From: an uncultured bacterium
GTDB lineage: Bacteria > Patescibacteriota > Patescibacteriia > Magasanikbacterales > UBA922
Assembly: GCA_937861125.1 (NCBI GenBank)
Contig: CALMAY010000038.1
Span: 254,921 to 318,920, forward strand
DNA length: 64,000 bases
Reading direction: 5' to 3'
Part shown: piece by piece, positions 49,342 through 59,924 of the stretch
How the letters are laid out: the number at the start of each line of letters is the position of its first letter
Numbering within the stretch: position 1 is the stretch's first letter
Notes under the pieces: generated by a model
Databases searched by the model: none
What the model was told of the DNA's origin: nothing
Seen by the model: only the letters and a program-made list of their open reading frames with translations
Position numbers and translations under genes: made by a program

Positions 49342-50304
49342 CTATTTTTTCCAAAACACATCCGTATAGACTCCCACCCCTTTGATCAAGAATGATCTGA
49401 CAACATCACGTTGATTTGGTGTATGTACATATGTACCAACACCCCTATCACGAAGTAATACTGCAAAACGGTCAGTATACCGTTTATCCCACCACATCGT
49501 CACGACAGTAATATCAGGATTCTCTCCGACGAAAGATACTACTTCGTCATCCGTCATCTCGCTACGATAGAGGGTAAAAATTACATCATTGAACTCGTAG
49601 GTACGCACAGACATCATGTCATCAGGATTGTATACCTGCGGAATGATACGATCCTTGATATTTCCTTCATAAAACAATGGATCAGCTGCGAGAATCTCTA
49701 GTGTGTGAGCAAATTCGTCTTTGATATCAAGCACAAATGATACATCTCGATATGTCTGTAACAATACCAATGCATCATGCCATGTCAAAATAGTAAACGT
49801 ATCTCGAAATTTTTTACCCAAAATAGCACTAGAGGAAACACTCCGATACGTATCACCTGCACGCAGGCCGACGAGTGGTTCGGTATTATCATGAAGTAAA
49901 AAAGCCTGATCATCGGCGGTAATGACGATATCAATCTCAAAGATACGAAATCCTTGCTCGTATGAATACAAAAACGCTTCCAGGCTATTGGTCCCCGTCC
50001 CATCCACCGTCGTTGTTGCAATCGTCCCCATCGCATGTGCGACGATGAGCTGTTGATTAATTCTATCAAACTGAATTGGTGTTACAGGTGGAATCTGCTC
50101 GATATCTGTTTCTGCCACCTCAGAGGTGGTCACCATATCTACTAGCAACTCTACTGTTGCTGAAGCCACTTCCTCTTGCAATGCTACAGGCTCACTTTCT
50201 TGAAGTGCTATTGAGGGATCTTTTGTCCGCTGAACTGATAAAAAAAAGATACCCACCCCCGCCACAGAGATAGCACCGCACAGGAGAAGTATCTTTTTAT
50301 ACAT
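49342..50304 (-). CDS. membrane-anchored glycerophosphodiester phosphodiesterase (GDPD)-like protein
   Basis: N-terminal TM, then VAHAMG...NSLEAF...FEIDIVITADDQAFLLHD matching the GDPD H..G/N..E/E.D/HD pattern. Confidence 0.6.
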   Translation of the reverse strand: MYKKILLLCGAISVAGVGIFFLSVQRTKDPSIALQESEPVALQEEVASATVELLVDMVTTSEVAETDIEQIPPVTPIQFDRINQQLIVAHAMGTIATTTVDGTGTNSLEAFLYSYEQGFRIFEIDIVITADDQAFLLHDNTEPLVGLRAGDTYRSVSSSAILGKKFRDTFTILTWHDALVLLQTYRDVSFVLDIKDEFAHTLEILAADPLFYEGNIKDRIIPQVYNPDDMMSVRTYEFNDVIFTLYRSEMTDDEVVSFVGENPDITVVTMWWDKRYTDRFAVLLRDRGVGTYVHTPNQRDVVRSFLIKGVGVYTDVFWKK

Positions 50305-50310
50305 ACAATG

Positions 50311-51741
50311 TTACAAGAGAGAAATTGCATGATTGATACGAGCCAACGCTTCTTCTTTCCCCAAAACAAATGCAATCTCAAATGGTCCAGGACTATTTTG
50401 TTTTCCGCTCAATGAAACACGCAGAGGCCAGAGTACATCCCCCTTCCCATATCCCATAACCCCTATCCAGTCGACTATCGCTTTTTCCAGATACTCTTTT
50501 GTCCAATCAACATCATCGATTTCTATTAATTTCTGTTTAATTTCTATTAATTTCTGTTTTGCATCTTCGACAGTTGATTTTTTCCAGATCAAAATTGCTG
50601 GATCATATTGTAGTTCATCGACAAAGACAAACGTAATATTTTCTGCCAACTCTTTTAGCGTTGCACTCCGTTCAACCTCAAGACCAATCGCATTTCGCAA
50701 CTTTGCAACTTCGTAACTTTTTTCCCCCATTACTTCTTCAAAAAATGGTTGTATTCTCTCAACAAGTATTTCAATTGGTAGTTTTTTCATCCATTCCTTA
50801 TTAAACCAATCCAATTTTTCTAAGTTAAACACCGCACCACTTTTTTGCACACGATCAAGTGAAAACACATCTACCATCTCTGAAAGAGAATATATTTCCT
50901 GTTCTCCACCAGGATTCCAGCCGATAAACGCAACAAAATTAAGAAGTGCTTCTTTAAGATACCCTTCATCGAGATAATCTTGAACTGATGTCTTATTTTT
51001 TCGCTTGCTCAATTTTGTCTTGTCCGCATTGAGAATCAATGGTAGATGTCCAAACTCTGGCAATGCCGCACCCATCGCTTCGTAAATCAATATTTGTTTT
51101 GGTGTATTACTCACATGATCTTCACCACGAAGCACATGTGTGATGTGCATATCGATATCATCTACCACCACAGCGAGATGATACAGTGGCATATCCAATC
51201 CTTTAGCAATCACAAAGTCATCCATATCTTTGGTATGAATTGCAACTTCACCACGAACCAAATCATTCCACTTTACCTCACGATCTTCTGGAAGACACAA
51301 ACGAATGACTGCACGCTCTCCTGCTGTAACACGTGCTCGTGCTTCTGCTAGTGGATAATCTCTAAATGTACCAGGATATCGTGTTGGTAATCCATCTTTC
51401 TCTTGTTGTGCACGAATTGCATCCAACTCCTCTGGTTTCATGAAACAGTAATATGCTTTTCCAGATTCCAAAAGTGACTCGAGCACCTCTCTATATCGAG
51501 CAGTCCTCTCTGATTGACGAATAATAGGAGTTGTTGGATCAAGCAAATCCATCGCAACAAGCCCCGCAAAAATTTGTTGCTCAAACTCCTTGGTAGAGCG
51601 CTCAGTATCAGTATCTTCACTACGAAACAACATGACTCCACCATTCTTTTTGGCAAACAAATAATTGTACAATGCGGTGCGCATCGTACCAATGTGAAAT
51701 GATCCTGTTGGAGATGGTGGGATACGAGTAATAACAGACAT
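50311..51741 (-). CDS. gltX: glutamyl-tRNA synthetase
   Basis: PSPTGSFHIGTMRTALYNY (HIGH) and KLSKRK (KMSKS). Confidence 0.93.
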   Translation of the reverse strand: MSVITRIPPSPTGSFHIGTMRTALYNYLFAKKNGGVMLFRSEDTDTERSTKEFEQQIFAGLVAMDLLDPTTPIIRQSERTARYREVLESLLESGKAYYCFMKPEELDAIRAQQEKDGLPTRYPGTFRDYPLAEARARVTAGERAVIRLCLPEDREVKWNDLVRGEVAIHTKDMDDFVIAKGLDMPLYHLAVVVDDIDMHITHVLRGEDHVSNTPKQILIYEAMGAALPEFGHLPLILNADKTKLSKRKNKTSVQDYLDEGYLKEALLNFVAFIGWNPGGEQEIYSLSEMVDVFSLDRVQKSGAVFNLEKLDWFNKEWMKKLPIEILVERIQPFFEEVMGEKSYEVAKLRNAIGLEVERSATLKELAENITFVFVDELQYDPAILIWKKSTVEDAKQKLIEIKQKLIEIDDVDWTKEYLEKAIVDWIGVMGYGKGDVLWPLRVSLSGKQNSPGPFEIAFVLGKEEALARINHAISLL

Positions 51742-51746
51742 ACAAA

Positions 51747-52031
51747 CTAACCAAAAAGAAAATCAAGCACATTCTCCCACCGTCTTTTTTTCTTATTTAC
51801 ATCAGCACCAGGCACAACATCTTGTGCAAAAAATTCTGAAAAACCACATTGATTACAGGTAAAGACAGCATATCCAGAAGCACTCAGGTTGAGAATACGG
51901 CTCGCAAAACCACCAGAAACATACGCCTCACGTACCTGTGCGACTCCATGCTGACATTTAGGGCAGACACGTTGTTGTGTTTTTATTTCTCCAAAAATTT
52001 TTTTAAACATAAACCAAATATGTAATATCAC
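51747..52031 (-). CDS. zinc-ribbon protein, hypothetical
   Basis: CPKC...CNQC four-Cys ribbon; 94 aa. Confidence 0.5.
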   Translation of the reverse strand: MILHIWFMFKKIFGEIKTQQRVCPKCQHGVAQVREAYVSGGFASRILNLSASGYAVFTCNQCGFSEFFAQDVVPGADVNKKKRRWENVLDFLFG

Positions 52032-52034
52032 ATG

Positions 52035-52409
52035 TCACATTACCTTGCGAATCTCTGCTACTACAGAATCTAGAGAAAAGACAGGAATACTATCAGAACC
52101 CCTTTTCTTTGGATACCCCACACTCGTATCTATAGTTGTCTCCACCCCAGCTACTTTCATCATATCAGGCCAGACACGAAATACCACGCGACGCTCAACA
52201 CCACCCTCTTTGCGCTGCACAGTAACGTTCACCATATCTCCAATATCATGCACAGACACAGTAGCATACCCAATATCAAAATTTTTTTGCTTTTCCTCAC
52301 CTAATAACACGCGCAACTCTCTAAGTGCCTCATGAAAATCACCATGCTCCGTACTTGCTTCCTCATTTGCATTACCAACAAATCTATGATCAATACTTCT
52401 TTCTGACAT
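52035..52409 (-). CDS. hypothetical protein
   Basis: ORF in an operon-like position; no family recognised; I chose the ATG at 52409. Confidence 0.4.
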   Translation of the reverse strand: MSERSIDHRFVGNANEEASTEHGDFHEALRELRVLLGEEKQKNFDIGYATVSVHDIGDMVNVTVQRKEGGVERRVVFRVWPDMMKVAGVETTIDTSVGYPKKRGSDSIPVFSLDSVVAEIRKVM

Positions 52410-53202
52410 ATGACAATATAAAGTAAAAAGAAAATAAAATAATTGCATCTATAATCCGCCAAAACCGCTTAGGCTGAACTAGTAGACGCCATAGCCATTC
52501 TAGTCCAACAGAGCGAAAAAGTCTAGGGGCACGTGTCACACTACCAGATACGAAATCAAATGACCCACCAACCCCCATCGCAAGTCGAACACTTGGTAAT
52601 TGGGATATATTTTCTGCAACCCATGCTTCTTGCTTGATATGTCCAAACGCAACAAAGAGTATATCCGGCGCCACAGAGATAATAGTATCCAAAAGCTGAT
52701 CATTTTCTTCTTTGGAATACTTGATTAACGAAAGACCAGTAAATGGTTCGTAATGAGTAATCATTTGCTGTGTATTCTGCGTATTTAGTTCTACATTAAT
52801 CTCAATAGACACACCCGCATGCGCACCAACAATTCTCAAATTAGGAAACTGTCGCAATAATTCTTTTTTTGTTTTTTCAAGCACTGTGTCAGATCCACTT
52901 CCGAGCAAAAAAACACTTTTATTCTCTTCTGACGCGATACGACATATATCAAGCATCACATCCACACCTGGCATTCGCCGTACTGCGCCACGAGTCAAGA
53001 GCTGAATACCAAATCCATCACAAATATTGAGATCTCCCCTGTTGAGTGTATCTCGAAACAACCGATACTTATGAGCCGCCACGAGCATTTCTGGGTTTGG
53101 AGTAAACAACATGTGCGAAGTATTGGAATGCAAAAAATCACGTACCTTTTCAAATACTTGCTCTTTTTTATATTGATCAATTCGAACACCCAGTACCTGC
53201 AT
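52390..53202 (-). CDS. WecB/TagA/CpsF-family glycosyltransferase
   Basis: FTPNPEMLV, ICDGFGIQL and GLEWLWRLLVQPKRFWR motifs. I chose the ATG at 53202 to avoid overlap with the NUDIX gene. Confidence 0.85.
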   Translation of the reverse strand: MQVLGVRIDQYKKEQVFEKVRDFLHSNTSHMLFTPNPEMLVAAHKYRLFRDTLNRGDLNICDGFGIQLLTRGAVRRMPGVDVMLDICRIASEENKSVFLLGSGSDTVLEKTKKELLRQFPNLRIVGAHAGVSIEINVELNTQNTQQMITHYEPFTGLSLIKYSKEENDQLLDTIISVAPDILFVAFGHIKQEAWVAENISQLPSVRLAMGVGGSFDFVSGSVTRAPRLFRSVGLEWLWRLLVQPKRFWRIIDAIILFSFYFILSYVRKKY

Positions 53203-53204
53203 AT

Positions 53205-53627
53205 CTACTTTGTATCTAAAAACGGGTGATAGCCACTTTCCAATAAATGACATACCGGTATAAACAAAGGTTGCGGAAGCATCTCCCAAGAAAACCATTC
53301 CCACTGTTCATTTTTATCCGGCTCACACAACATCACCTCTCCACTCGCCCAATCCCCCACCATAAACAACGTAATATAGTGCTTGTCCTCTTCAGAAAAT
53401 ATATCATTCGTCACATGAGCTAAGGACAGTTCACCCACCTCAACACCAACCTCTTCTCGCACCTCACGTCTAGCACATTCCTCCCAACTTTCCCCAAACT
53501 CCAAATGACCTCCTGGAAACGTCCATGTTCCATCACCATGAGCATTTTTTCGTTTTCCCATCAACACCTTACCATCTTTTCGAATAATGACCCCAACACC
53601 TACTTTTGGGCGATTTTCTTTTGACAT
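53205..53627 (-). CDS. NUDIX hydrolase (MutT-like)
   Basis: Nudix box [24 protein letters not shown]. Confidence 0.82.
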   Translation of the reverse strand: MSKENRPKVGVGVIIRKDGKVLMGKRKNAHGDGTWTFPGGHLEFGESWEECARREVREEVGVEVGELSLAHVTNDIFSEEDKHYITLFMVGDWASGEVMLCEPDKNEQWEWFSWEMLPQPLFIPVCHLLESGYHPFLDTK

Positions 53628-53675
53628 ACAAAATATATCCTAAATAGAGATTCTTTTGGTATACTATACCTAATC

Positions 53676-53703
53676 TTGACACCTTTTACCAGTATGGTAT
53701 AGT
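53676..53703 (+). promoter_or_regulatory. sigma70-type promoter for clpB with extended -10
   Basis: TTGACA - 16 nt - TATAGT, preceded by TGg. Confidence 0.6.
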
Positions 53704-53704
53704 A

Positions 53705-53731
53705 TTATCACTCTCACATATAGAGTGCTAA
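53705..53731 (+). promoter_or_regulatory. CIRCE-like operator (HrcA binding site)
   Basis: TTATCACTC-N9-GAGTGCTAA versus the consensus TTAGCACTC-N9-GAGTGCTAA (one mismatch). It lies between the promoter -10 and the clpB ATG. Confidence 0.7.
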
Positions 53732-53741
53732 CTTACATCCT

Positions 53742-56384
53742 ATGCTACCTCAAAACTTCACCCACAAATCCCAGGAAGCTCTCCAACGCGCAGCGGCCAT
53801 ATCGCAGGAGTACAAAAACCCTCAGGTAGAGCCTCCTCACCTCATGGCAGCCCTCCTCGAACAGGAGGATGGTGTTGTCGTCTCAGTCCTCAAAAAGCTC
53901 AATGTCACGCTCAAAGAACTCCGTGACAACACCCTCACCATGGTCAGATCTATCCCCCGCTCCAAAGACGGCGGATCAGTAAGTGGTAACCAGATCATGC
54001 TCTCACAAGCCACCGGATATATACTCGAACAAGCCCAAAATGAAAGCAAAAAAATGGGCGATGAATTTATCTCAGTCGAACACATCCTTCTCGCCTTTCT
54101 CTTAAACCGAAATCCAGTCTCTGAAATCCTCGGCAAGCAAGGGGCACAATATGACGACATACTCAAAGTCCTCGTCAGTGTCCGTGGAAACCAGCGCGTC
54201 GACTCACAAAGTCCAGAAAGTAAATATCAAGCACTGGAAAAATACGGTAAAAACTTTACCGAACTTGCTCGCAAAGAAAAACTTGATCCTGTTATCGGAC
54301 GTGATGATGAGGTCCGTCGTGTGATGCAGGTACTTACTCGCCGCACCAAAAACAATCCTGTGTTAATCGGTGAACCAGGGGTTGGTAAGACGGCCATTGT
54401 CGAAGGACTCGCCCAACGTATCGTCAAAGGTGACGTTCCAGAAAGTCTCAAAGACAAAGAGATTATTGGTCTCGATATTGGATCACTTGTCGCAGGTACC
54501 AAATTCCGCGGTGAGTTTGAAGAGCGCCTCAAAGCAGTCCTCAAAGAAGTCACTGAATCTGATGGAAAGATGATTCTTTTTATCGACGAGCTTCACACCA
54601 TCGTCGGAGCTGGTGGGAGTGACGGTGCAGTGGATGCCAGCAACATGCTCAAACCAGCACTCGCACGAGGAGAGCTCCGTACTATTGGTGCAACCACACT
54701 CAAAGAATACCAACAATACATAGAAAAAGATGCTGCCTTTGAACGTCGCTTTCAACCAGTGACTGTTACAGAGCCAAGTATTGATGATACAATCGCCATA
54801 TTGCGTGGTATCAAAGAAAAATATGAAGTACATCACGGTGTCCGTATTACTGACCCAGCGATTGTCGCAGCAGTGGAGCTCTCTACTCGTTATATCACCG
54901 ATCGATTTCTCCCAGACAAAGCGATCGATCTCATCGACGAAGCAACTTCAGCACTGCGTATGGAGATTGAAAGTATGCCTGATGAGCTCGACACACTCAA
55001 ACGCAAAATCATGAAACTAGAAATCGAACAGCAAGCACTCAAAAAAGAGTCAGACGAAGAATCCAAAGATCGTCTCAAAAAACTCAAAGAAGAATTGGAA
55101 AACCTCAAAGAGCGTAGTAACGAACTCGAAGTCCACTGGAAACATGAAAAAGAAATTATCAACAATATTCGTGAAAGAAAGAAAAAAATTGATACGCAAA
55201 AACAACAAGCTGAGATCGAAGAACGCAAAGGTGACCTCCAAAAAGTTGCCGAAATTCGCTATGGTCTGATCCCAACACTCGAAGCAGAGATACAGTCATT
55301 TGAAGCACAGCTTGGTGAAGTCCAAAAAGGCCGCACGATTCTCAAAGAAGAAGTCACTGACGAAGATATTGCAGGCGTCGTCGCTCGCTGGACAAAAATC
55401 CCAGTCAAAAAAATGCTCGAAGATGATCTCAAAAAACTTATCAAAATGGAAGAAGAACTCAAAAAACGAGTCATCGGCCAAGAAGAAGCAATCCATGCAC
55501 TCAGCAATGCTATCCGTCGCTCTCGTGCTGGTATGGGTGAAGAAAGACGCCCAATTGGATCATTTCTCTTTATGGGGCCAACAGGAGTGGGTAAGACAGA
55601 ACTTGCCAAAGCGGTGGCAGAGTTTCTCTTCAATGACGAATCAGCCCTCATTCGTGTGGACATGAGTGAATACATGGAGAAATTTGCTGCAAGTAAACTG
55701 ATTGGCTCTCCTCCAGGATACGTCGGATACGAAGAAGGTGGACAGCTGACGGAAAAAATTCGTCGTCGTCCCTACTCTGTCATCTTGTTTGATGAGGTAG
55801 AAAAAGCACATCCAGATATTTTCAACATGATGTTGCAAATTCTCGATGATGGACACCTGACTGACGCCAAAGGACGTAAAGTGAATTTCAAAAATACAGT
55901 GATCATCATGACGAGCAACATCGCCTCTGATGTGATTATGTCACTGGGCCGCCGCGGTTCATTTGGATTTGAAACAGCCAAGAGTGACAAGGCTGCTGAT
56001 ACCGATGAGAAAAAGATGAAAGAAAAAGTTACCGAAGCATTGCGTGATCATTTCCGTCCAGAATTTCTCAACCGTATTGACGAAACCATTATCTTTCACC
56101 CACTCAACGAAGAGCAAATTCGCTCTATTGTTGATATTCAACTCACACTTGTTGAACAACGATTATCTGAAAAGAAAATTGTACTCACTGTTAGTGATAG
56201 TGCGAAAGAATGGCTCGGTAAAAAAGGATATGATCCAAATCTCGGCGCTCGCCCACTCAAGCGTGTGATCCAAACAGAGCTCCTCGATCTCCTCGCGATG
56301 AAGATACTCGACGGCTCTATCAGTGATGGTGCCACAGTAAAAGTAGATGTAAAAAATGATCGACTCGAAATAAAAAAGAAGTAA
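53742..56384 (+). CDS. clpB: ClpB disaggregase (AAA+ chaperone)
   Basis: Clp N-domain, two AAA+ modules ([18 protein letters not shown]) and a long middle coiled-coil; 880 aa. Confidence 0.96.
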   Translation: MLPQNFTHKSQEALQRAAAISQEYKNPQVEPPHLMAALLEQEDGVVVSVLKKLNVTLKELRDNTLTMVRSIPRSKDGGSVSGNQIMLSQATGYILEQAQNESKKMGDEFISVEHILLAFLLNRNPVSEILGKQGAQYDDILKVLVSVRGNQRVDSQSPESKYQALEKYGKNFTELARKEKLDPVIGRDDEVRRVMQVLTRRTKNNPVLIGEPGVGKTAIVEGLAQRIVKGDVPESLKDKEIIGLDIGSLVAGTKFRGEFEERLKAVLKEVTESDGKMILFIDELHTIVGAGGSDGAVDASNMLKPALARGELRTIGATTLKEYQQYIEKDAAFERRFQPVTVTEPSIDDTIAILRGIKEKYEVHHGVRITDPAIVAAVELSTRYITDRFLPDKAIDLIDEATSALRMEIESMPDELDTLKRKIMKLEIEQQALKKESDEESKDRLKKLKEELENLKERSNELEVHWKHEKEIINNIRERKKKIDTQKQQAEIEERKGDLQKVAEIRYGLIPTLEAEIQSFEAQLGEVQKGRTILKEEVTDEDIAGVVARWTKIPVKKMLEDDLKKLIKMEEELKKRVIGQEEAIHALSNAIRRSRAGMGEERRPIGSFLFMGPTGVGKTELAKAVAEFLFNDESALIRVDMSEYMEKFAASKLIGSPPGYVGYEEGGQLTEKIRRRPYSVILFDEVEKAHPDIFNMMLQILDDGHLTDAKGRKVNFKNTVIIMTSNIASDVIMSLGRRGSFGFETAKSDKAADTDEKKMKEKVTEALRDHFRPEFLNRIDETIIFHPLNEEQIRSIVDIQLTLVEQRLSEKKIVLTVSDSAKEWLGKKGYDPNLGARPLKRVIQTELLDLLAMKILDGSISDGATVKVDVKNDRLEIKKK

Positions 56385-56388
56385 TAAA

Positions 56389-56415
56389 ATATCCACCGAT
56401 ATGGTGGATATTTTT
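56389..56415. terminator. bidirectional intrinsic terminator (clpB / ferredoxin convergent)
   Basis: ATATCCACC-loop-GGTGGATAT flanked by an A-run and a T-run. Confidence 0.75.
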
Positions 56416-56725
56416 ATTCTTGTGGAAACAACTTATTTCCATCCTTATCATAGAGATGAATTGCCAGCGTCGGACAACTCTCTGCCGCCATACGAATCAT
56501 CTCATCATCAGTACTCTCTGGATCCACGACATACGCGAGATTTTCCTCATCCATAGCAAATACACCAGGAGCAATCAACACACACGACCGCGCAGCAATA
56601 CATGCCTGTCTATCAACAACAATTCGACGAATCTCTCCGCCATTACGAATCTTCATTGAAATATCATCTGGAAGATTGTCTGGGAGTTTTACTTCTCCGT
56701 TTTCATTTTGTGGAAGTGGTTGCAT
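56414..56725 (-). CDS. small ferredoxin (single Fe-S cluster type)
   Basis: DRQACIAARSCVLIAPGVF ... AAESCPTLAI cysteine pattern (C-x5-C ... CP). Confidence 0.6.
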   Translation of the reverse strand: MQPLPQNENGEVKLPDNLPDDISMKIRNGGEIRRIVVDRQACIAARSCVLIAPGVFAMDEENLAYVVDPESTDDEMIRMAAESCPTLAIHLYDKDGNKLFPQE

Positions 56726-56727
56726 AA

Positions 56728-57045
56728 CTATAGTGGTAAAAAATCTTCATCAAAATCTATTTTATAAGCGTGTATATCTTCGCGTTTTTTTGCTTTTGTT
56801 TCTATATCTTCAATAACAGTACTTGGACTCGTATTTGTAACAAACTGACCATCTACTGCCACATTTGGTGCCTCACTACAAAACCCCAAACATCGACAAT
56901 AATCGAGATCTATCCTATCATCTTTTTCTCCTGCGTTCAAGCCAAAAAATGAAGAGAGTTTCTCCATGATACCCACAGCATTTTTACTCGAACAGTTTGG
57001 TCCGTTGCAGACCTTGATGGTTTTCATACAGTTTTTATTTATCAC
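56728..57045 (-). CDS. thioredoxin-like [2Fe-2S] ferredoxin domain protein
   Basis: CNGPNC (C-x4-C) and CRCLGFCSEAPNV (C-x3-C) arrangement, as in NuoE-type 2Fe-2S ferredoxins. Confidence 0.62.
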   Translation of the reverse strand: MINKNCMKTIKVCNGPNCSSKNAVGIMEKLSSFFGLNAGEKDDRIDLDYCRCLGFCSEAPNVAVDGQFVTNTSPSTVIEDIETKAKKREDIHAYKIDFDEDFLPL

Positions 57046-57055
57046 CTCGACATTT

Positions 57056-57189
57056 TGTCATCCTGAGCGAAACGAAACGAAGTGAAGTGCAGTCGAAGGA
57101 TCCCTTTCTTACATCTATTTTAGCTAGAACGAAGTGAATAGAAATATAGCAACTTACGAAAGGGATCCCTCACTTCGTTCAGGATGACA
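57056..57189. repeat. palindromic MITE/REP-like element, family B
   Basis: Arms TGTCATCCTGAGCGAAACGAA..GAAGGATCCCTTT and AAAGGGATCCCTCACTTCGTTCAGGATGACA around a ~50-nt centre. Confidence 0.85.
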
Positions 57190-57195
57190 GGTGTA

Positions 57196-57483
57196 CTAGA
57201 TACCCAAAGCCATTCGAAGTTCTTCACTCGGCTGATACGGAGGATCAAAGGTCAACTCAACTTCAACGGAAGAAGCACCTAAAGAAAGAACAGAAGAGCG
57301 AATGTCACCCTGAATTGTTGGCCCCATCGGACATGCAGGAGACGTGAGTGTGTGTAAAACATGAACAGACCCATCATCAGCAATAGAGATATCATACACC
57401 AAACCCATCGAGTAAATATCGAGGTTCAATTCAGGATCTTTGACCGTTTTGAGTTGTTCGATAATCTGTTCTTTGGTCAACAT
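57196..57483 (-). CDS. sufT: DUF59/SufT-like Fe-S assembly protein
   Basis: VKDPELNLDIYSMGLVYDI and LTSPACPMG motifs; 95 aa. Confidence 0.75.
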   Translation of the reverse strand: MLTKEQIIEQLKTVKDPELNLDIYSMGLVYDISIADDGSVHVLHTLTSPACPMGPTIQGDIRSSVLSLGASSVEVELTFDPPYQPSEELRMALGI

Positions 57484-57484
57484 A

Positions 57485-58216
57485 TTATGATATCCACTGT
57501 GTATAGCCAGACTGCTCTACCTCATGTGCCAGCGATGCATCACCGCTTTTGACAATTCGCCCATCTACCATAATATGCACCACATCAGGAACTACATATT
57601 CAAGCAATCGATTGTAGTGAGTAATCAAAAGCACACCTGTATCAGCACTTTTAAACCGATTGATCCCCTCTGCCACAATCTTGAGCGCATCCACATCCAA
57701 TCCTGAATCAGTCTCATCCAAAATTGCATACGTTGGTTTGAGTACTAGCATTTGTAAAATTTCTGCACGTTTTTTTTCACCACCAGAAAATCCTGTATTG
57801 ATAGATCGTTTTGCAAACTCCTCATCCATTGAAAGTGTTTGCATTACCTCTTTCACCTGTCGAAAAAAGGTAATCGGATTTTGCTTTTCCCCTTTGATCG
57901 CTTCGTACGAGAGACGCAAAAAGTTTACCAGCGACACACCACCGATCTCAGGTGGATACTGCATCGAGAGAAACAATCCGGCTTTGGCACGCTGATCTGG
58001 AGATTGCTCTGTCACGTCTATATCATCAACAACGACACTCCCACTAGAGATACTATATTTTGGATGACCAAGTAATGTATTCGCAAGTGTTGATTTACCA
58101 CTCCCATTTGGCCCCATGATCGCATGGACTTGCCCTTTTGGAATTTCCAAAGAAAGTCCGTGAATGATTTCGGTTTCTTCGACAGTAACGGATAGGTTTT
58201 TTATATTGAGTGACAT
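57485..58216 (-). CDS. sufC: Fe-S cluster assembly ATPase SufC
   Basis: GPNGSGKST, FSGGEKKR and LDETDSGLD motifs; ~245 aa. Confidence 0.92.
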   Translation of the reverse strand: MSLNIKNLSVTVEETEIIHGLSLEIPKGQVHAIMGPNGSGKSTLANTLLGHPKYSISSGSVVVDDIDVTEQSPDQRAKAGLFLSMQYPPEIGGVSLVNFLRLSYEAIKGEKQNPITFFRQVKEVMQTLSMDEEFAKRSINTGFSGGEKKRAEILQMLVLKPTYAILDETDSGLDVDALKIVAEGINRFKSADTGVLLITHYNRLLEYVVPDVVHIMVDGRIVKSGDASLAHEVEQSGYTQWIS

Positions 58217-58608
58217 ACTGTTTTTATTTTTTCAATCATATTTGTAAATCCATTCGCACGATGCATTGATAACTGCTCTATCATACCAATATCTTTAAGT
58301 ATTGAAAAATCCTCTTGTTTCATCCCCTCCATCTTACTCCCACCATACAACCACACAAGCAGTGCAATCATCCCTTTGGTAATCAAACCATCCGCGTCTC
58401 CAGATATTTCAATCACACCATCTTTATTTTCAACCAACAACCAAGCATCACTCTGACACCCTCGCACACGAGCCTCATCACTCTTTTTGTCCTGCGCAAA
58501 TACAGGCAATTGTTTTCCTAAATCAATCAAGTAAGCAAAACGATCGTCCCAGTTTGAAAGTGCGGCGAAATCTTCTTTGAGCTGTTGTTTTCGCTGCTCT
58601 AGATTCAT
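58201..58608 (-). CDS. sufE: SufE-family sulfur acceptor
   Basis: VRGCQSDAWL active-site cysteine motif; 135 aa. Confidence 0.82.
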   Translation of the reverse strand: MNLEQRKQQLKEDFAALSNWDDRFAYLIDLGKQLPVFAQDKKSDEARVRGCQSDAWLLVENKDGVIEISGDADGLITKGMIALLVWLYGGSKMEGMKQEDFSILKDIGMIEQLSMHRANGFTNMIEKIKTVCHSI

Positions 58609-59804
58609 ACGTGAACAACTACTTTTTTAAGTACGGTAATACACTGATCAATATCTTCTTTTGTCGTATACATACCACATGATATCCGAATTGTACCAGA
58701 CAATCCAAGATGATCAATCAATGGTGCCGCACAGTGGCTCCCAGTACGTACCACAATCCCCGCTTTTTCCAAAAACATATTTACATCACTCTCATGCACC
58801 CCATCAACGACAAACGATATAATTGGCCCACGCGGAAATTGTGTTGACCCAATCACACGAACTCGTTCAATTTTTTGTAATTCTGCAATCGCATACTGTG
58901 CAATTTCGACATCATGTGTCTGAATTTCATTCCACCCAAGAGACAATACAAAATCAACCGCAGCACCTAGCCCGATCGCTCCAGCTATGTTTGGTGTTCC
59001 TGCTTCAAAACGATATGGTGCATCCGCCCATGTCGCCTGTCCATACGTGACAGTATCTATCATCTCACCACCATACACGACTGGTTTCATTTTTTGAAGC
59101 AATGCTGTTTTGCCATACACTACCCCAATCCCTGTTGGACCATACATCTTGTGTCCAGAAAAAACATAAAAATCACAATCAATATCTACCACGTCTACAG
59201 GCATGTGCGCAACCGCTTGAGATCCGTCGACAATCACAACGCTCTTTGATTTCCCTCTCGCAATGCGAGTAACTTCTTTCACCGGAACAATAGTACCGAG
59301 TACATTGGAAACATGCGTCATACTCACTACCACCGTTTTCTCATCAATCATTGATAAAACAGAACTCATATCAATCTCTCCTGTTTTTGTATCAATCTCA
59401 ATAAAACGCAGTTCCAAATTATATTTTTTGACGGTCATCTGCCATGGAATCAAGTTGGCGTGATGCTCAAGACGAGTGAGAACGATATTTCCCCCTGGTT
59501 CAAAAAAATCAGTAAGACTTTTTTGTAACATGTTTAATCCCATTGTCGCACCAGAAGTAAAGATAATCTCAGAACTCTGTGCGCCAATAAAATGAGCAAC
59601 TTTTCCACGTGCAGATTCATATGCATTGGTAGCCTTATTTGAGAGCCCATTCACACTGCGGTGAACATTGGATCGATACTGTGTGTAGTACTCATTCATC
59701 GCATCAATTACCACCTGAGGTGTCTGTGTCGTCGCAGCACTATCAAGATAGACCAGGTCTGGGTGGTTTTGAAATATTGGGAATTGTGAACGGATAGTAT
59801 TCAT
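58605..59804 (-). CDS. sufS: cysteine desulfurase SufS (group II)
   Basis: LDSAATTQ, FSGHKMYGPTGIGV (PLP Lys) and RTGSHCA (catalytic Cys). I chose the ATG at 59804. Confidence 0.92.
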   Translation of the reverse strand: MNTIRSQFPIFQNHPDLVYLDSAATTQTPQVVIDAMNEYYTQYRSNVHRSVNGLSNKATNAYESARGKVAHFIGAQSSEIIFTSGATMGLNMLQKSLTDFFEPGGNIVLTRLEHHANLIPWQMTVKKYNLELRFIEIDTKTGEIDMSSVLSMIDEKTVVVSMTHVSNVLGTIVPVKEVTRIARGKSKSVVIVDGSQAVAHMPVDVVDIDCDFYVFSGHKMYGPTGIGVVYGKTALLQKMKPVVYGGEMIDTVTYGQATWADAPYRFEAGTPNIAGAIGLGAAVDFVLSLGWNEIQTHDVEIAQYAIAELQKIERVRVIGSTQFPRGPIISFVVDGVHESDVNMFLEKAGIVVRTGSHCAAPLIDHLGLSGTIRISCGMYTTKEDIDQCITVLKKVVVHV

Positions 59805-59924
59805 AATTGTTGATATCCTAGCAGAAATATACCAAAAAATCAAGGTGTCATACCTATTGACACGGGACCATTTTTTTGTTAGCGTACCAATAATTCACCA
59901 CCATACATCACACAAGGGGGAGTG

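Noticed and set aside
53628-53741. Divergent NUDIX/clpB intergenic region as a possible replication origin or regulatory hub
   Set aside because: It is only 114 bp and is fully explained by a promoter plus the CIRCE operator. It has no DnaA boxes, and gene orientation returns to the minus strand right after clpB.
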